Assembly (NCBI GenBank): GCA_024679065.1
Contig: JAGIQG010000013.1
Coordinates: forward strand, 16,306,001 to 16,370,000
DNA: 64,000 bases
Source: Sphyrna mokarran
Taxonomy: Eukaryota
Direction: 5' to 3'
Part shown: in pieces, positions 1-12,531 of the stretch
How positions within the stretch are numbered: the stretch's first letter is position 1
How the letters are laid out: the number at the start of each line of letters is the position of its first letter
Translations under genes and position numbers: made by a program
The notes under the pieces: generated by a model
The model's database searches: none
What the model saw: the letters and a program-made list of their open reading frames with translations, nothing else
Told to the model about the DNA's origin: nothing

Positions 1-1024
1 AATCTCTGGGTCCAGATGTTCTTCACCATAGGGCCTAAAAAGACATGGCTACAGAGGCAGTAGATCATTGGTGTTAATTTTTCAAAATTAACTAAATTCT
101 GCAAGAATTCATAACATGTAGAGATTTGTCACCACCCCCCACCCGACATCCGCCTCCAGATATCACCACTTCCCCAGACATCTCCCTCTGCCCGACCACC
201 CGGCCTCCAGTCCCACCAGTGTGGCCATCATGCCTGGTCCCCATTACTGGGGATCATACTTGATCCTCGCTGGCGAGGCCAGATGATTCCATCCCAGTCT
301 CACTAACACTATTTAAATAAAAATGTACATGTTAGAATCAGCCTTGTGCTTTTCCCAGGTGTAATGATGATTTCACCGGCTTAGCAGCACTGTTAAGATC
401 ACAAAAGGTGAGGAACTGGGCATGAATCTGGTTTCATACCTCTCTCATGATCTTACCAGTTTGCCATGAAGATTGATGTGACAAGCTGATAAGATTGCTC
501 CCAAAGAGTTTGCAGATGGATATAGATAGGTTGAGTAAGAGGGCAAAAATCTGTCGGATGGAATACAATTGTTCACTTTGACAGGAAGAATAAACAGCAG
601 AGCGTTACTTAAATGGAGTACGACTGCAGAATTCTGAGGTGCAGAGGGATCTATGTGCTTACATATATGAGTCACAAATAGTATGCAAGTGCAGGGTATA
701 ATCAAGATGGCTAGTAGAATGTTATCTTTTATTCAGGGAGGAATTGAATGTAAAAGTCAGAATATTATACTTCAGTTAATCAGGTTTTTGGCCAATATTG
801 TATGCTGTTCTGGTCTGCTTATTTAAGGAAGGATGTAAATACATTGGAGGCAGTTAAGAGGATGTTTATCAGATTGATACCTGAAATGAGCAGATTGCCT
901 TATGAGGATATGGCAGGCTGGACTTGTTTCTACTGAAGGTTAGAGGAGTGAGGGGTGACTTGATTAAAGATTGCAAGATCTTGAATGGTATTGACAAGGT
1001 GGACATGGGAAGAACGTTTTCTCA

Positions 1025-1938
1025 TTTGATTTGATTTATTATTGTCACATGTATTAGTACGCAGTGAAAAGTATTGATTCTTGCATGCTATGCAGACAAA
1101 ACATAGTGCACATAGAGAAGCAAAGGAGAGTGTGCAGAATGTAGTGTTATTGTCACAGCTAGGGTGTAGAGAGCCATCAGCTTAGTGTGAAATAAGTCCA
1201 TTCAAAAGTCTGATGGCAGCAAGGAAGAAGCTGTTCTTGAGTCAGTTGGTATGTGTCCTCACAGTATGACTGGGATGCATGTGATCCTTAATTATACTGG
1301 CTGCTTTTCCGAGGCAATGGGAAGTATAAATAGGTGTGAGGGTGGTTTAAGTTATGGACTGGGCTGCATTCACAATCCTTTGTAGTTTCTTGCGGTCTTG
1401 AGCAGAGCAGGAGCCATATCAAGCTGTGATACAACAGAAAGAATGCTTTCTATGATGCATCAAAGCTGGTGAGAATATTAGCAGACGTGCCAAATTCCTT
1501 TAGTCTTCTGAGAAAATTGAAGAGTTGGTGGGCTTTCTTAACTGTAGTGTCAGCATGGAGGGACCAGTACAGATTGTTGGTGATCTGGACACCTAAAAAT
1601 TTGAAGATCTCAACCATTTCTACTTTGCCCTGTTGATGTAGGCAGGGACATGTCTTCCACTACACTTCCTGAAGTCATTGTCTACCTCCTTTTTGTTGAT
1701 TTTGAGGGAGAGATTATTGTTGTTGCGTCAGTTCACCAGATTCCCTATCTCTTTTCTGTACTCTGTCTCATCATTGTTTGAGATCCGACCCGCTACTATG
1801 GTGTCATCAGCAAACTTGAAAGTAGAGTTGGAAGGGAATTTGGCCACACAGTCATAGGTCCATAAGGAGTATAGGAAGGAGCCGAGGTCCCAGCTTTGTG
1901 GGGCACCGATGTTAGGATGATTGTGGAGGAGGTGTTGT
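1025..1938 (-). mobile_element. Rex1/Babar-like LINE, 5'-truncated
   Basis: ORF 1728-1964: YSLWTYDCVAKFPSNSTFKFADDTIVAGRISNNDETEYRKEI; (aaatc)n tail at 1025-1036. Confidence 0.8.
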
Positions 1939-2090
1939 TGTGTGAATCCAGAACTAGGGGACATAGTTTTAATATTAGGGGTCTCCCTTTTAGGACAAAG
2001 GTGAGGAGAATTTTTTTTTCTTTGAGGGTTGTCACCTTTGGAATTCTGCCTCAGAGGACTGTGAAAGTAAAGTCACTGAATATTTTTAAG

Positions 2091-2263
2091 ATGTGAAAGT
2101 GCTGGCATTGGACTCAGGTGGGCACAGTTAGGAGTATCACAATATGAGCTTTTGAGCGCTGCTCCTTTAACAGGTCTGTGGAGCCACTCACCTGATGAAG
2201 GAGCAGTGCTCCAAAAGCTCATGATTCCAAATAAACCTGTTGGACTTTAACTTGGTGTTGTGG
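2091..2263. mobile_element. Penelope-derived inverted-repeat insertion with degenerate hammerhead motif
   Basis: Exact 13-bp TSD gaatatttttaag (2078-2090 / 2264-2276); cacCTGATGAaggagcagtgctccAAAAgctc at about 2188-2220 facing its reverse complement at about 2134-2175. Confidence 0.8.
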
Positions 2264-2389
2264 GAATATTTTTAAGGTAGAGTTAAATAGTTTTTTATTG
2301 GGTGAGGGAATCAGAGATTATTGGGGATAGCTGGGAATGTGGAATTCAAAACACAAACAGATCAGCCATGAGTTAAATATGAATTAACA

Positions 2390-2927
2390 AGCAAACTGTG
2401 GTTGAACAAACCACACTGCACATTTCTCAGAAGACGAAGGAAATTTGGCATGTCAGCCAAGACTCTCTCCAATTTTTACAGATGCACCCATAGAAAGCAT
2501 TCTTTCTAGTTGTGTCACAGCTTAATATGAATCCTGCTCTGCCCAAGACTGCAATAAACTATAAAAGACTGTGAATGTAACCCAATCCATCATTTAAATC
2601 AGCCTCCCATCCACTGATTCTGTCTACATTTCCCGCTGGCAAAGCAATCAGCATAATTAAGGACCCCAAGCATCTCGGACATTCCCTCTTTGACCGTCTT
2701 CCATCAAGAAAAAGATACAAAAGTCTGAGTTTGCTGACTTAAGAACAGTTGCCATCAGACTTTGAATGGACTATCTTGCATTAAGTTGATCTTTCTCTGC
2801 ACTCTAGCTATGACTGTAACACAACATTCTGCACTCTCTCGTTTCCTTCTCTATGTATAATGCGCAAAAAAATCTTTTCACTACATGCTAATACGTGTGA
2901 CAATAATCAAATCAAATCAAAATCAAA
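2390..2927 (+). mobile_element. Rex1/Babar-like LINE 3' end, inverted relative to 1025-1938
   Basis: Ends gtgacaataatcaaatcaaatcaa, the reverse complement of the 1025 tail. Confidence 0.75.
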
Positions 2928-3051
2928 TTGAATTCCAAGTGTAACCAGGACAGATTTCATAACTTCTAGGCCACCCACCTAGATGTTAGTGAACAATGTG
3001 AGTCACAACATTTCCTTAAAAATCTGTCTCCCTCACAAGACATTTCAACTG

Positions 3052-3680
3052 ATAAGAACATAGCAATTCAGAGCAAAAGTAGGCAAATTCAGTCCTTTGA
3101 GCCTGTTCCACCATTCAATCAGATAATGGCTGATCTCTTTCTTATCTCAATTCCACCTCCCTCCTGTTCCCCATATCCCTTTATCTCCTTTTTTATTAGA
3201 GATATATCAATGACCTTCTTGAAACCATCCAATGATTCAGATTCCATGGTGCTATGGGGCAGCAAGTTGCACAAGTCCACCACCCTCTGAGAGAAGTCGT
3301 TCCTTCTCATCACAGTTTTAAATCTACCTATACCTGTGACATCTTGTTCTAGATTGCCCCATAAGAGGAAACATTTGGTCTACATTTATTTTATTAATCC
3401 CTTTTAAAATTTTATATATCTCGATCAGATCCTTCTAAACACCAGCCCAAACTGTCATCATATGTTAATCCTTACATTCCCGGAATCAATCTGGTGAACC
3501 TCCTTGGAACTGCCTTCAATGTGTCCCTTCCTTAAATAAGGAGGCCAAAACTGGACTTGATACTCCAGATGTGGTCTCACCAATCCCTATGCAATTACAA
3601 CAACACTTTTCTACTTTTATACTCCAGTCCTTTTGCAATAAATGCTATTCTATTACATGCTGCATCTGCATACCTACATT
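3052..3680 (-). mobile_element. CR1 LINE 3' fragment
   Basis: ORF 3119-3313 MRRNDFSQRVVDLCNLLP...FKKVID; taagaacatag tail. Confidence 0.8.
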
Positions 3681-4015
3681 TATAGGACACACCAACCTTT
3701 ACATTGCGTGAGCCCACCTCCCATTAATATAATGTCGTGGGAACCCCTCCCCCCCACCACCCTTATTTTTAAACAATGAGCCTAAAAATTCAGGAGAGAA
3801 GCTGTCCTTGGAGCCGGTGGCTTACTTCCCATTTTTCACACCCCGACGTTGTAGAAAAATCAGAACATCCCGCCCCATATCTCTAGAATCCAACTGCTGC
3901 TTTATGACTCAATATTTTATATTTTGCCTCTATTAAACAAACATGGGGAACTTCTCAACTGCCACCTTCTGTTAGGTATTCTGGTAACTTCTAACTCCCA
4001 ACATTTTAGATACTT

Positions 4016-4315
4016 TAGGGTTTCCAACTGTGATTAAATGTATTCAAGGAGGTTCATCATAAGTCTTCCCTCATGTCTCTGCCATTAATCAGTCCTTCTG
4101 ATCTACCATCTTTCTATACCAATTGAAAACCAAGAAGATTCATTGCCTAATTAATTGAATGATACTTCACCACCAGCCAAGGAGCATTTCATAATCCACA
4201 GTTTTCAATATTTTTATACTTAATAAACCAAATCTTTTTAATGTCCCAGTGATTTTTCCCCAGAATTGCACACTGCAGTGTCCTGGAAATTGATCCTGGA
4301 GGGTTGGGAACACAA
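4016..4315. mobile_element. Possible MITE
   Basis: Imperfect terminal inverted repeats tagggtttccaac / gggttgggaacac. Confidence 0.35.
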
Positions 4316-5139
4316 AGTTACCTTCCCTTACAATAATAACCTTCCCAGAACTAAATATTACCTCAAAAGCCTCAACATGAAGAATGAACCGAGGTATTTG
4401 CAGCAATACGAATAGCATAGAATGATTATATGACATCAAAACATTCATTGAGTCATTTCTGACAGTGTTATTTATTTTTCTATGTTAGGGATATAATGAT
4501 TTATTCAGATTTGATTGTACTGACCAAGTTAATTTCTTGATCTAAAACAACTTTCTAAAACATTAAGGATATTTCTGGTAATTATATTATTTTCTTCTAT
4601 AAAAAGCAGTCCAGGTAGAGCAGAACTTGACTTTCGTCTCCGTAAATGTATATAGTGTCAGCTTCTGACTATCCCCAGATTATTACTATAGTTTGTCATG
4701 TGTAAAATGTTGCAGAATATTTACTCTGTATTTTCAATCCACGCATAATTCAGTGTCTTTTTCCTTAAAAGTGTGAATTATCCAATAATATGAATGAAAA
4801 AATATAGATGTCACAGTAATACTAGCTCAAAAAAAGTAATTATTAGATTGTTGGAGTTAAACTTGATAACAAGGTGGAGATTATATGATAACATAAGCCT
4901 GACTTGAAAAGACGTCTTTAAACTGCAGGTGGTGGCTGGTCTTTGGGCCAATTATGTACATAGCATATGTTGAGTAGTTTTGAAAGCAATAAATCACATT
5001 AGTACCCTTTTTATCTATATCATATGGTATAATTAAAATTGTGAATGTCATTATCCATCAAAAGCATACTGCATGCAAACAGCTGCTGCCAGCTGAAAAA
5101 AAAAGCAGATTAAATTTAAAGTGTCACTAATACTCTGAA

Positions 5140-5266
5140 AGGTGTGCTGGTTAGGTGCTTTGACCCAAAGTGGCGCCAGAGTGTGGCAACTAAGGGATTT
5201 TCACAATAACTTCATTGCAGTGTTAATGTAAGCCTTACTTGTCAGTAATAAATAAACAAACTTTAA
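5140..5266 (+). mobile_element. SINE 3' fragment (tail type a)
   Basis: gagtgtggcaactaagggattttcacaataacttcattgcagtgttaatgtaagcc, shared with 7236-7375, 36636-36922 and 52340-52475. Confidence 0.75.
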
Positions 5267-6006
5267 ACTGATATAAATGATCCTTGAATTATAGTCCTTT
5301 TTTTAACACTCGGAGAACTCCTATTTCCTAGGCCAAAACAGAGAAAAATTAGATGGACATCCATAAAAGTCAACCCTTTGCATTGCTTGAGTACTTTGCA
5401 AATTTCCCTGAGAATGCAGCACACCTGCAGCAGGTATAAATAGTTAACATAATACTAATCTGATGCAAATAGTATCACAATGAATGTAAAGTTGTATCAG
5501 TAATAGGTGTTTTTCCTCCAATCCAGCTCACTCAGTTTTGGGCATTTGAGAAGGACCTGGATGCAAAGTTTTTGAGGGAGTGTGAAAGTAAGTTTAATTT
5601 CTCCTCACCGGGTAAGAGAGTGAGATCTATGGAGCAAAGGCCTTCTAGCTGATACTTTTCGACCCCAGGTACAAGCCTCTGCCGATGGATGCTTCTGCAT
5701 GAGGGACATGTTAAGAAAATGGTATTGACCAGAAACCAGGAAATAAGTTGATTCAGCTCAGGTTATGTGGAGTAAACCTCAGGTATGTTCCACCTAACAG
5801 ACCCAGACAGAAGCGCAAATGAAATTCATCCCACCTGAATCCTTAATAGTTTGAAATTAGTAAATTCTTTCAATTTATGGTGTCATCTATACATCTCTGT
5901 ACTGGAAACCAGTTTTTTCATATGCAATCAGTGTTACTGAGGCTATTTATGTCATTGAGTTATTTCTGATAACCTCTCACTTGTACTTTTTATTTCTCCT
6001 TTCCAG

Positions 6007-6048
6007 CTGATGCTGAAATGCAGAGATAAGAAGTGGTATCAATTCTGA
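6007..6048 (+). CDS. STXBP5L: Terminal coding exon of syntaxin-binding protein 5-like (tomosyn-2); upstream exons not found in the window
   Basis: Polypyrimidine tract + ttccag acceptor, then CTG ATG CTG AAA TGC AGA GAT AAG AAG TGG TAT CAA TTC TGA = LMLKCRDKKWYQF*, the tomosyn C-terminus (KDKKWYQF). Tail-to-tail position with POLQ matches the human STXBP5L-POLQ arrangement. Confidence 0.88.
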   Translation: MMLKCRDKKWYQF

Positions 6049-7235
6049 AGACTTCAAGAGCTCTTAACAATGTATTAATTCAATAATGCCATTCAGGGAA
6101 ATGGACATTGTCTCCTTCCATTGGTCGCTGGAAAGGAAATGGCTTTTTTTCCTCCAAAACCCCTATTCTCAAAAATGGTTTGAAAAATAAATCAAGACCT
6201 TCTGATTGCACAAACATTTGAGCTAAAGGCTTACCAATGAGATCTCAGTCTAATATTTTACTAGGATTTTATCCTAGAAGTTTGTGTTTCCAGATTACTG
6301 AACTGCAACAGTGGACATGTTTTATTTAAGTAAAGCTTTTTCACTTTCAGAATGGGAAAGACAACCTGGAAATAATTGATACAGGTTTAAATAATAATGC
6401 TCCTTTAGAAAACAAGACATATTTTAAAACTTTGCATGAAAATACACCATCCTTATGATGAAAAACAAAGCATGTTATTATGGAAAGGAAGGGGATGGAA
6501 TTCATTAGGCAGCATATTAACAAAAAAATCAAAATATTTCTATTTTTAAACCTCTGTAACAAGCCAAATTGGGCATGTCAACTGTAGTAAAGGATTGATT
6601 AGTTAATTAATTGGCTGATTTGAATGGATGACTGGATGCGTGTTTGGAAACTGGTAACCATGTCAAATAACCTGGTAATGAAACTTCCACTTTCACTAAA
6701 GCTTCCCTTAGCTTTTGCTTGGAATTAGCACATTGCCCTGACATTGATAAAAGAAAATGCTGTACAGCTGATGTTAATAACAATTGAACTGAAGGTCAGA
6801 CCATCAGATTTGAATTTTGGTTACTCTGTTTGAGCATAACTGGTGCAGTTCTTTCTTTACCAGAACTTGGGCAAGCCAGTGAAAATCAGCCAACCTAATC
6901 AAACTGGCTAATATCTTATTCTGCATGGATTGCTATGGGAAGCAAAGATTATCCAGATTACAGAAGGTAATATACTTTTAGGAGGTGGACAATGCACTTG
7001 TCTATAGATGCCCAGACATTTTGTGCCATCTTAATTGTGTTTGGTTAGTCAGCGGTTTTTCCTTTTTTTTCCAGTTTGTTTAATGCTGTGTCAGCATATT
7101 TTAGTTCCACCCATTCTGAAATGTGATGGTTAGAGGAAAAACAAGATGCAAAATCTCAATAAATCAGGATGCCTGTAGTATAGTTTCATGCATGCTTCAA
7201 ATGTTCTCCAAATATCCAAAAAACATCTGAAGCAC

Positions 7236-7375
7236 GTACTGGTTAAAGCATTGTATATGCTAAATTCTCCCTCAGTGTACCCAAACAGGCACCGGAGTAT
7301 GGCAACTAGGGATTTTCACAGTAACTTCATTGCAGTGTTAATGTAAGTCTACTTGTGACACTAATAAATAAACTA
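7236..7375 (+). mobile_element. SINE 3' fragment (tail type a)
   Basis: gctaaattctccctcagtgtacccaaacagg...cttgtgacactaataaataaact, as in 36636-36922. Confidence 0.8.
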
Positions 7376-8294
7376 ATACTAACTACTTTACTGGTTGTTT
7401 CTAATAATGTATTGGTCAATAAAAACAAATTCCTACAGATGTTGGAAGTCTAAAATAAAAACAGAAAAACGTTGGAATGTTTCCAGCATTTTCTGTTTTA
7501 ATTACTGCTGCATAAATGTTGGATTAGTGACATTAAGCTTACATAATTTTGCTGCAATCACTCTGAGTACTTGCCAATATCAAACAAATGACACATTAGT
7601 ATTTTTTATTTCACACTCGGGATGACACAAACATGTAATCCACCTCTTCTGCTACACATTCAAAGTACAAGGTTCAACAGAGTTCATACTATTATATTTC
7701 TTCCAGTATTAACTTGACTATATATCACATCCTAGGCACTGAAGAGTTGCAAAGGACATTGCTGCCACATTGCTCTGTAATCTGATGCATCCCGTACATG
7801 GTTTGACATTTTTCCTATTCTTGATACTTTTTACAGTCTGAGTCTGACTATCAAGATTATGCTATTGAGTTATGAATTATCTGCTGTAGACAGGGGGCCT
7901 TTTTGTTAACTTAATCATAAACTATCCAGTCCAACTTGATCTGGAACTTCAAAACTAAAACCCAGATGTATAAGTTAGAAAGTTGGGATTTGTACTCTTG
8001 TGTCCTTTTGCTGAATGTTACAGTGGCTTGATTTATTTGCATAAACTGCAGGTTTACATTGTGATGTTTAATATGTTTCAGGCAAAGCCATTATTATAGT
8101 ATTGTGCCCCTCATTTCTAGTACATGGGTATGCATGCAGAAATGATTTCAACTTTCTAACAATTATTAAGAATTGAAGCAAATGGGGTCATCTGATCCTG
8201 TTCATTGCAGAAAACTTCCACAACACTCCAGATTCTCTTTATGAATTGGCACTATTTCACAGCCTTATTCTTATAATCTGCTACTATTATGGAT

Positions 8295-9284
8295 CAGGAA
8301 TTCTCAAATTGGGTTCCATAGAACCCAGAGGTTTTGCAGGAGTTTCCCAAGGTTTGCACATCAGGGTAGACAAATCAATCCTATTTGAATTTTGCATTGT
8401 TTCCATATTCTCTCAGCAGAGGCTGGCTTCTCCAGAATCTGGAAAAAGCACAGAATTTAAATTATATAGATCAAGGTGAGCCCGGATGAAAGCAGAGCCT
8501 GTGAGGCATAGGAGAGGAGTGGGGTGGTGGAGGGAGGAGAGCGGATTTGGACCTTGGGAAAGGAGAGTCAGCCTGCAAAGGTTAGGAGAGTGGGGCCTAC
8601 AAGGGATGAGAGTGCCATCAGATCTCAGAAAAGATGTTGAAGGGAGTTAATTTTTTGAGGCTCAGAGAAAGATGAGAGATTAGTGTGCGCTTGTGTGAGT
8701 GAGGTTGGATGTGCACTTGTGTGAGTGAAGATGGGTGTGCGCGTGTGTTAGTGAGGATGGGTGTGCGCGTGTGAGTGAGGATGGGTGTGCGCGTGTGTGA
8801 GCGGGGATGGGTGCGCGCGCGTGTGTGAGCGGGGATGGGTGCGCGCGCGCGTGTGAATGAAGGTGGGTGTGCGCGCGTGTGAGCGGGGATGGGTGTGCGC
8901 GCGTGTACGTGTGAGTGAGCATGAGAGCAGGGAAGAGTGTGTGAGCGAGACCGAGAATGAATGAGAAAGAATGAGTGTGTGTGAGCGAATTCCAGGAGCA
9001 ATCCTCCCATTTGAACCAAAGGATCAGCAACACTGTCCCATTATAAATGATGAAGAGGTAAGACTTAAATAAATTTTGTAATGAGAACTTTTTATTATTG
9101 TAAATGTATACATATAAGAAATATAAAAGACTTCCATACATTTGGTTTTTATATGTTTGTCAATATTGTGTGAAAACAATGTCTTTTCTGTTGTTTGGCA
9201 CTTCAAAATACTAGTAATGTTTCATTGGGATCTCTTCAATATTCTTGGGAGGTCAAAAGGGCTGGAAAAGTTTGTGTAACTCTG
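8295..9284. mobile_element. Non-autonomous hAT (Charlie-like) DNA transposon
   Basis: Termini caggaattctcaaa / tttgtgtaactctg; 8-bp flanks ttatggat vs gtatagat (6/8), near the NTCTAGAN target consensus. Confidence 0.6.
8682..8990. repeat. GC/CpG-rich minisatellite, unit about 24-28 bp (gtgagcggggatgggtgtgcgcgt)
   Basis: Roughly ten degenerate tandem units; source of the spurious HT/RA-rich ORFs at 8618-9141. Confidence 0.9.
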
Positions 9285-9939
9285 GTATAGATGATCAGAT
9301 GAATCAGGTCTTATTCAAATGCCACCAGACCATATTCTAAAACTCCCATTATCACCTGTCTGGGAGAAGATGGTCATTTACACCATCAGTTATAAAACTG
9401 AGCCTGCCACAAATAATATGGTCCAGCTTACATATTTTTATATTTGTGGGGCATTCAAAGAATAATTTGTGGATAAAATTTGTGATATTGGAGTGTGCTT
9501 TTCCCAGTGTGCTGAGATTTTTTTATCATATATATCCCAAAGCTATCCTTTGCTGCTAAATAGTCCAATCCTTTTTAGAACCACTCTAAAGGCAAAATAC
9601 AGCTGATGCTGTAAATCCAAAATAAAAACTGAAAAAAGCAGGAAATACTCAATAGGTGAGGCAGCACTAGTGATGAGAAACAGAGTTAACATCTATCTGA
9701 AATGTTGGGTAGGATTTGACAGCCAGCAGGATCTTTCAGTTCTGCCAAAGTTGGTGGCTTTTGAATGGCTCGCCACATTTTCCAGACCTGTCCCTGCAGC
9801 CATAGGGCTGTAAAACTCCACTAGTTATCTCTGTTTCTCCCCACAGTGGTTCAAACCTAATGAAAGGTAAAATATCAATTGTTTATATTCCATATTTTTT
9901 GCCAAATTTTTAATTTCAAAGTCCTTTGCCAAGGATTAA

Positions 9940-10135
9940 TTACACAGAAGGCTATGGAGGCCAGGTCATTGAATGTTTTTAAGACAGAGATTGATAGATT
10001 CTTGATTGGTAAGGAAATCAAAGGTTATAGGGATAAGGCAGGAGAATGGGACTGAGGAACTTATCAGCCATGATTGAATGGCAGAGCAGACTTGATGAGC
10101 CGAATGGTCTCATTCTGCTCCTATATCTTATTATG
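9940..10135 (+). mobile_element. CR1 3' end
   Basis: gaatggcagagcagacttgatgagccgaatgg...ctatatcttat tail. Confidence 0.75.
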
Positions 10136-10529
10136 ATCTAATGAATTAATCTTTTATGAGCTAAATCATTTAGTTCTTGCTTTAGTTTTCTTTAGTTAGA
10201 CTTCTATTTCCCAAACAGAATTCATTTTCTTTTACAAGGCGTTTTTTGATATTTTTGTATTGCTTTCATATAGTAGTAATCATGAAATTGTCATAACACA
10301 GAAGGAAGTTAATGGTCTCTGTAAAACCATTAAGTTAGCCTCATTCCACAGCTTTTTGCCCATAGCCCTGCAATTTTTTCTCTTCAATTAATTATCCAAT
10401 TCCCTTTTGAAAAACATGATTGAATCTGCACCGTGTTTCCAAGCAGAGCATTCCAGTTCCTAACCACTTGCTGCCTAAAAAAACTTTTCTTCATGTTATC
10501 TTTGGAACAATTTATCCCTATCTAGTCTG

Positions 10530-11584
10530 TCGAGGTACCTCAAAGCAAAGAGTGGGGGTAAGTGGATATTTTTCTGGTTACCTCAGGATCAGTGTTGGGA
10601 CCACAATTGTTTATGATTTACATAGATAATTTGGAGTTGAGGTCCAAATGTAGTATATCAAAATCTGCAGATGACACTAAGATGAGTGGCACAGCAAAGT
10701 GTGCAGAGGATGCTCAAAGTCTGCAAAGACTTTGAGTATAGAGTTAGTGAGTGGGTGAGGTTCTGGCAGATGGAATATAATGTTGGGAAATGTGAGGTCA
10801 TCCATTTTGGTAGGAATAACAGCAAAATTTATTATTTAAATTGCAGCATGCTGCTGTGCAGAGGGACCTGGGTGTCTTTGTGTAAGAATCACAAGGAGTT
10901 GGTTTTGCAGATGCAGCAGGTAATTAAGAAAGCAAACGAAATTTTGCCCTTCATTGCTCGAGAGATGGAGTTTAAAAACAGTGAGGTTATGTAGCAGCTA
11001 TAAGTTGCTGGTGAGGCCACACTTGGAGTGCTGTGTAAAGTTTTGGTCTCCTTACTTGAGAAAGGATATACTGGTGGTGGAAGGGATGCAGAGGAGATTT
11101 ACTAGCTTGATTCCGGAATTGAAAGTTTTGGCTTATGAGGAGAGACTGAGTAGAATGGGGCTATACTCATTGGAATTCAGAAGAATGAAAGGAGGTCTTA
11201 TAGAAACATATAAGATTATGAAGAGACTAGATAAGGTAGAAACAAAGAAATTGTTTCCAATGGCAGATGAAACTGGAACTAAAGGGCATGACCTAAAAAT
11301 AAGGGGGAGCAGATTTAGGACTGAGTTGAGAAGGAATTTCTTCACGCAAAGGACTGTGAATCTGTGGAATTCCCTGCCTAGTGAAGCAGTGAGGCTACCT
11401 CATTGAATGTTTTTAAGGCAAGGATGGATAAATTTTTGAACAGTAAAGGAATTCAGGGTTATGGTGAGTGGGTGGTGAAGTAGAACTGAGTCCACGAAAA
11501 GATCAACCATGATCTTATTGAATGGCGGAGCAGGCAAGAGGGGCCAGATGGCCTACTCCTGCTCCCAGTTCTTGTGTTCTTATG
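10530..11584 (+). mobile_element. CR1 LINE RT 3' part
   Basis: WQMEYNVGKCEVIHFGRNN; LVRPHLECCVKFWSPYLRKD; FFTQRTVNLWNSLP; gttcttgtgttcttatg tail. Confidence 0.92.
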
Positions 11585-12531
11585 ACTTTGAACATCTCCT
11601 TCTACCTTTTCTGTTCCTAAAGAAAACAAGCCCAGTTTCTCCAATCTATCCACATAACTAAAGTCCTTTGCCCCTCAAACTATTCTCATTAATCTTTTCT
11701 GCAGCCTCTTACAAGCCTTCACATTCTTCCTGAGGTCAGATTCCAAAATTGGATGCAGTACTGCAGTGAGGCCTAATCAGAGTCTTTTATAAAGATTCAC
11801 CATACCTTCCTTGCTTTTGTGCCCTGCAGCTTTACTGATAAAGCTCAGAATCCCACATGCCTTATTAACCATCTTTTCAATATGTCCTGACACCTTCAAT
11901 AATTTGCAAAATAGGAAGATCCCAGGTCTCTCTGCCCTTGCATCCTTTTAGGATTGTATCCTTTATAATGTCTCCCCATCTTCCTGCTAAAATGTGTCAC
12001 TTCACAATTCTCTACATTAAATTTCATCTTCTACATGTCCACCTATTTCACCAGCTTGCTGTGTCCTCTTGAAATCTATCAAAGCCTCCTCGTAGTTCAT
12101 AATACTTATAAGTTTTATCTCATCGCTTTTGAAATTTTGGTGTACATTGCCAAGTCAAGATATTGAAATGTATCTACAGAAACAATGGTCCTAATGCTGA
12201 CTCTTGGGTATGTACCATGCTATACTATATACCTTCCTCCATTTCAAAAAAAAGAGTTCAACACTCTCTGTTTCCTGTTATTTGGCCAACTTCTTATTCA
12301 TGCTACCTCTGTCTCTTCTATTCCATGGCCTTTAATTTTGTTGACAAGCTTTTTATGTGGCACTTTATCAGAAGTTCATGTACATCTGTTCAACCACATT
12401 GACCTCATCTACCTATCTGTTACCTGATCAACATCTCAATCAACTTACTTAAAAATGGTTTGTCCTTAACAATACTATTTTGGTTTCTTTCATTAATCAA
12501 GTTTTGCCCAAGTGATCTGTAATTTTGTTTC

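Larger units (their letters stand above)
450..2400 (+). mobile_element. Decayed CR1 LINE 3' part, interrupted by a Rex/Babar-like LINE and a Penelope-derived insert
   Basis: CR1 RT C-terminal sequence (ttctggtctgcttatttaaggaaggatg; gaatccagaactaggggacatag) resumes after 1940 and after 2264. Confidence 0.75.

Noticed and set aside
1-6006. Penultimate STXBP5L exon (R-SNARE-like motif)
   Set aside because: No matching peptide found; region is mostly LINE debris, so the exon is probably upstream of the window.
8618-9141. 133-aa and 153-aa His/Thr/Arg-rich ORFs
   Set aside because: Translation of the minisatellite; no splice or homology support.
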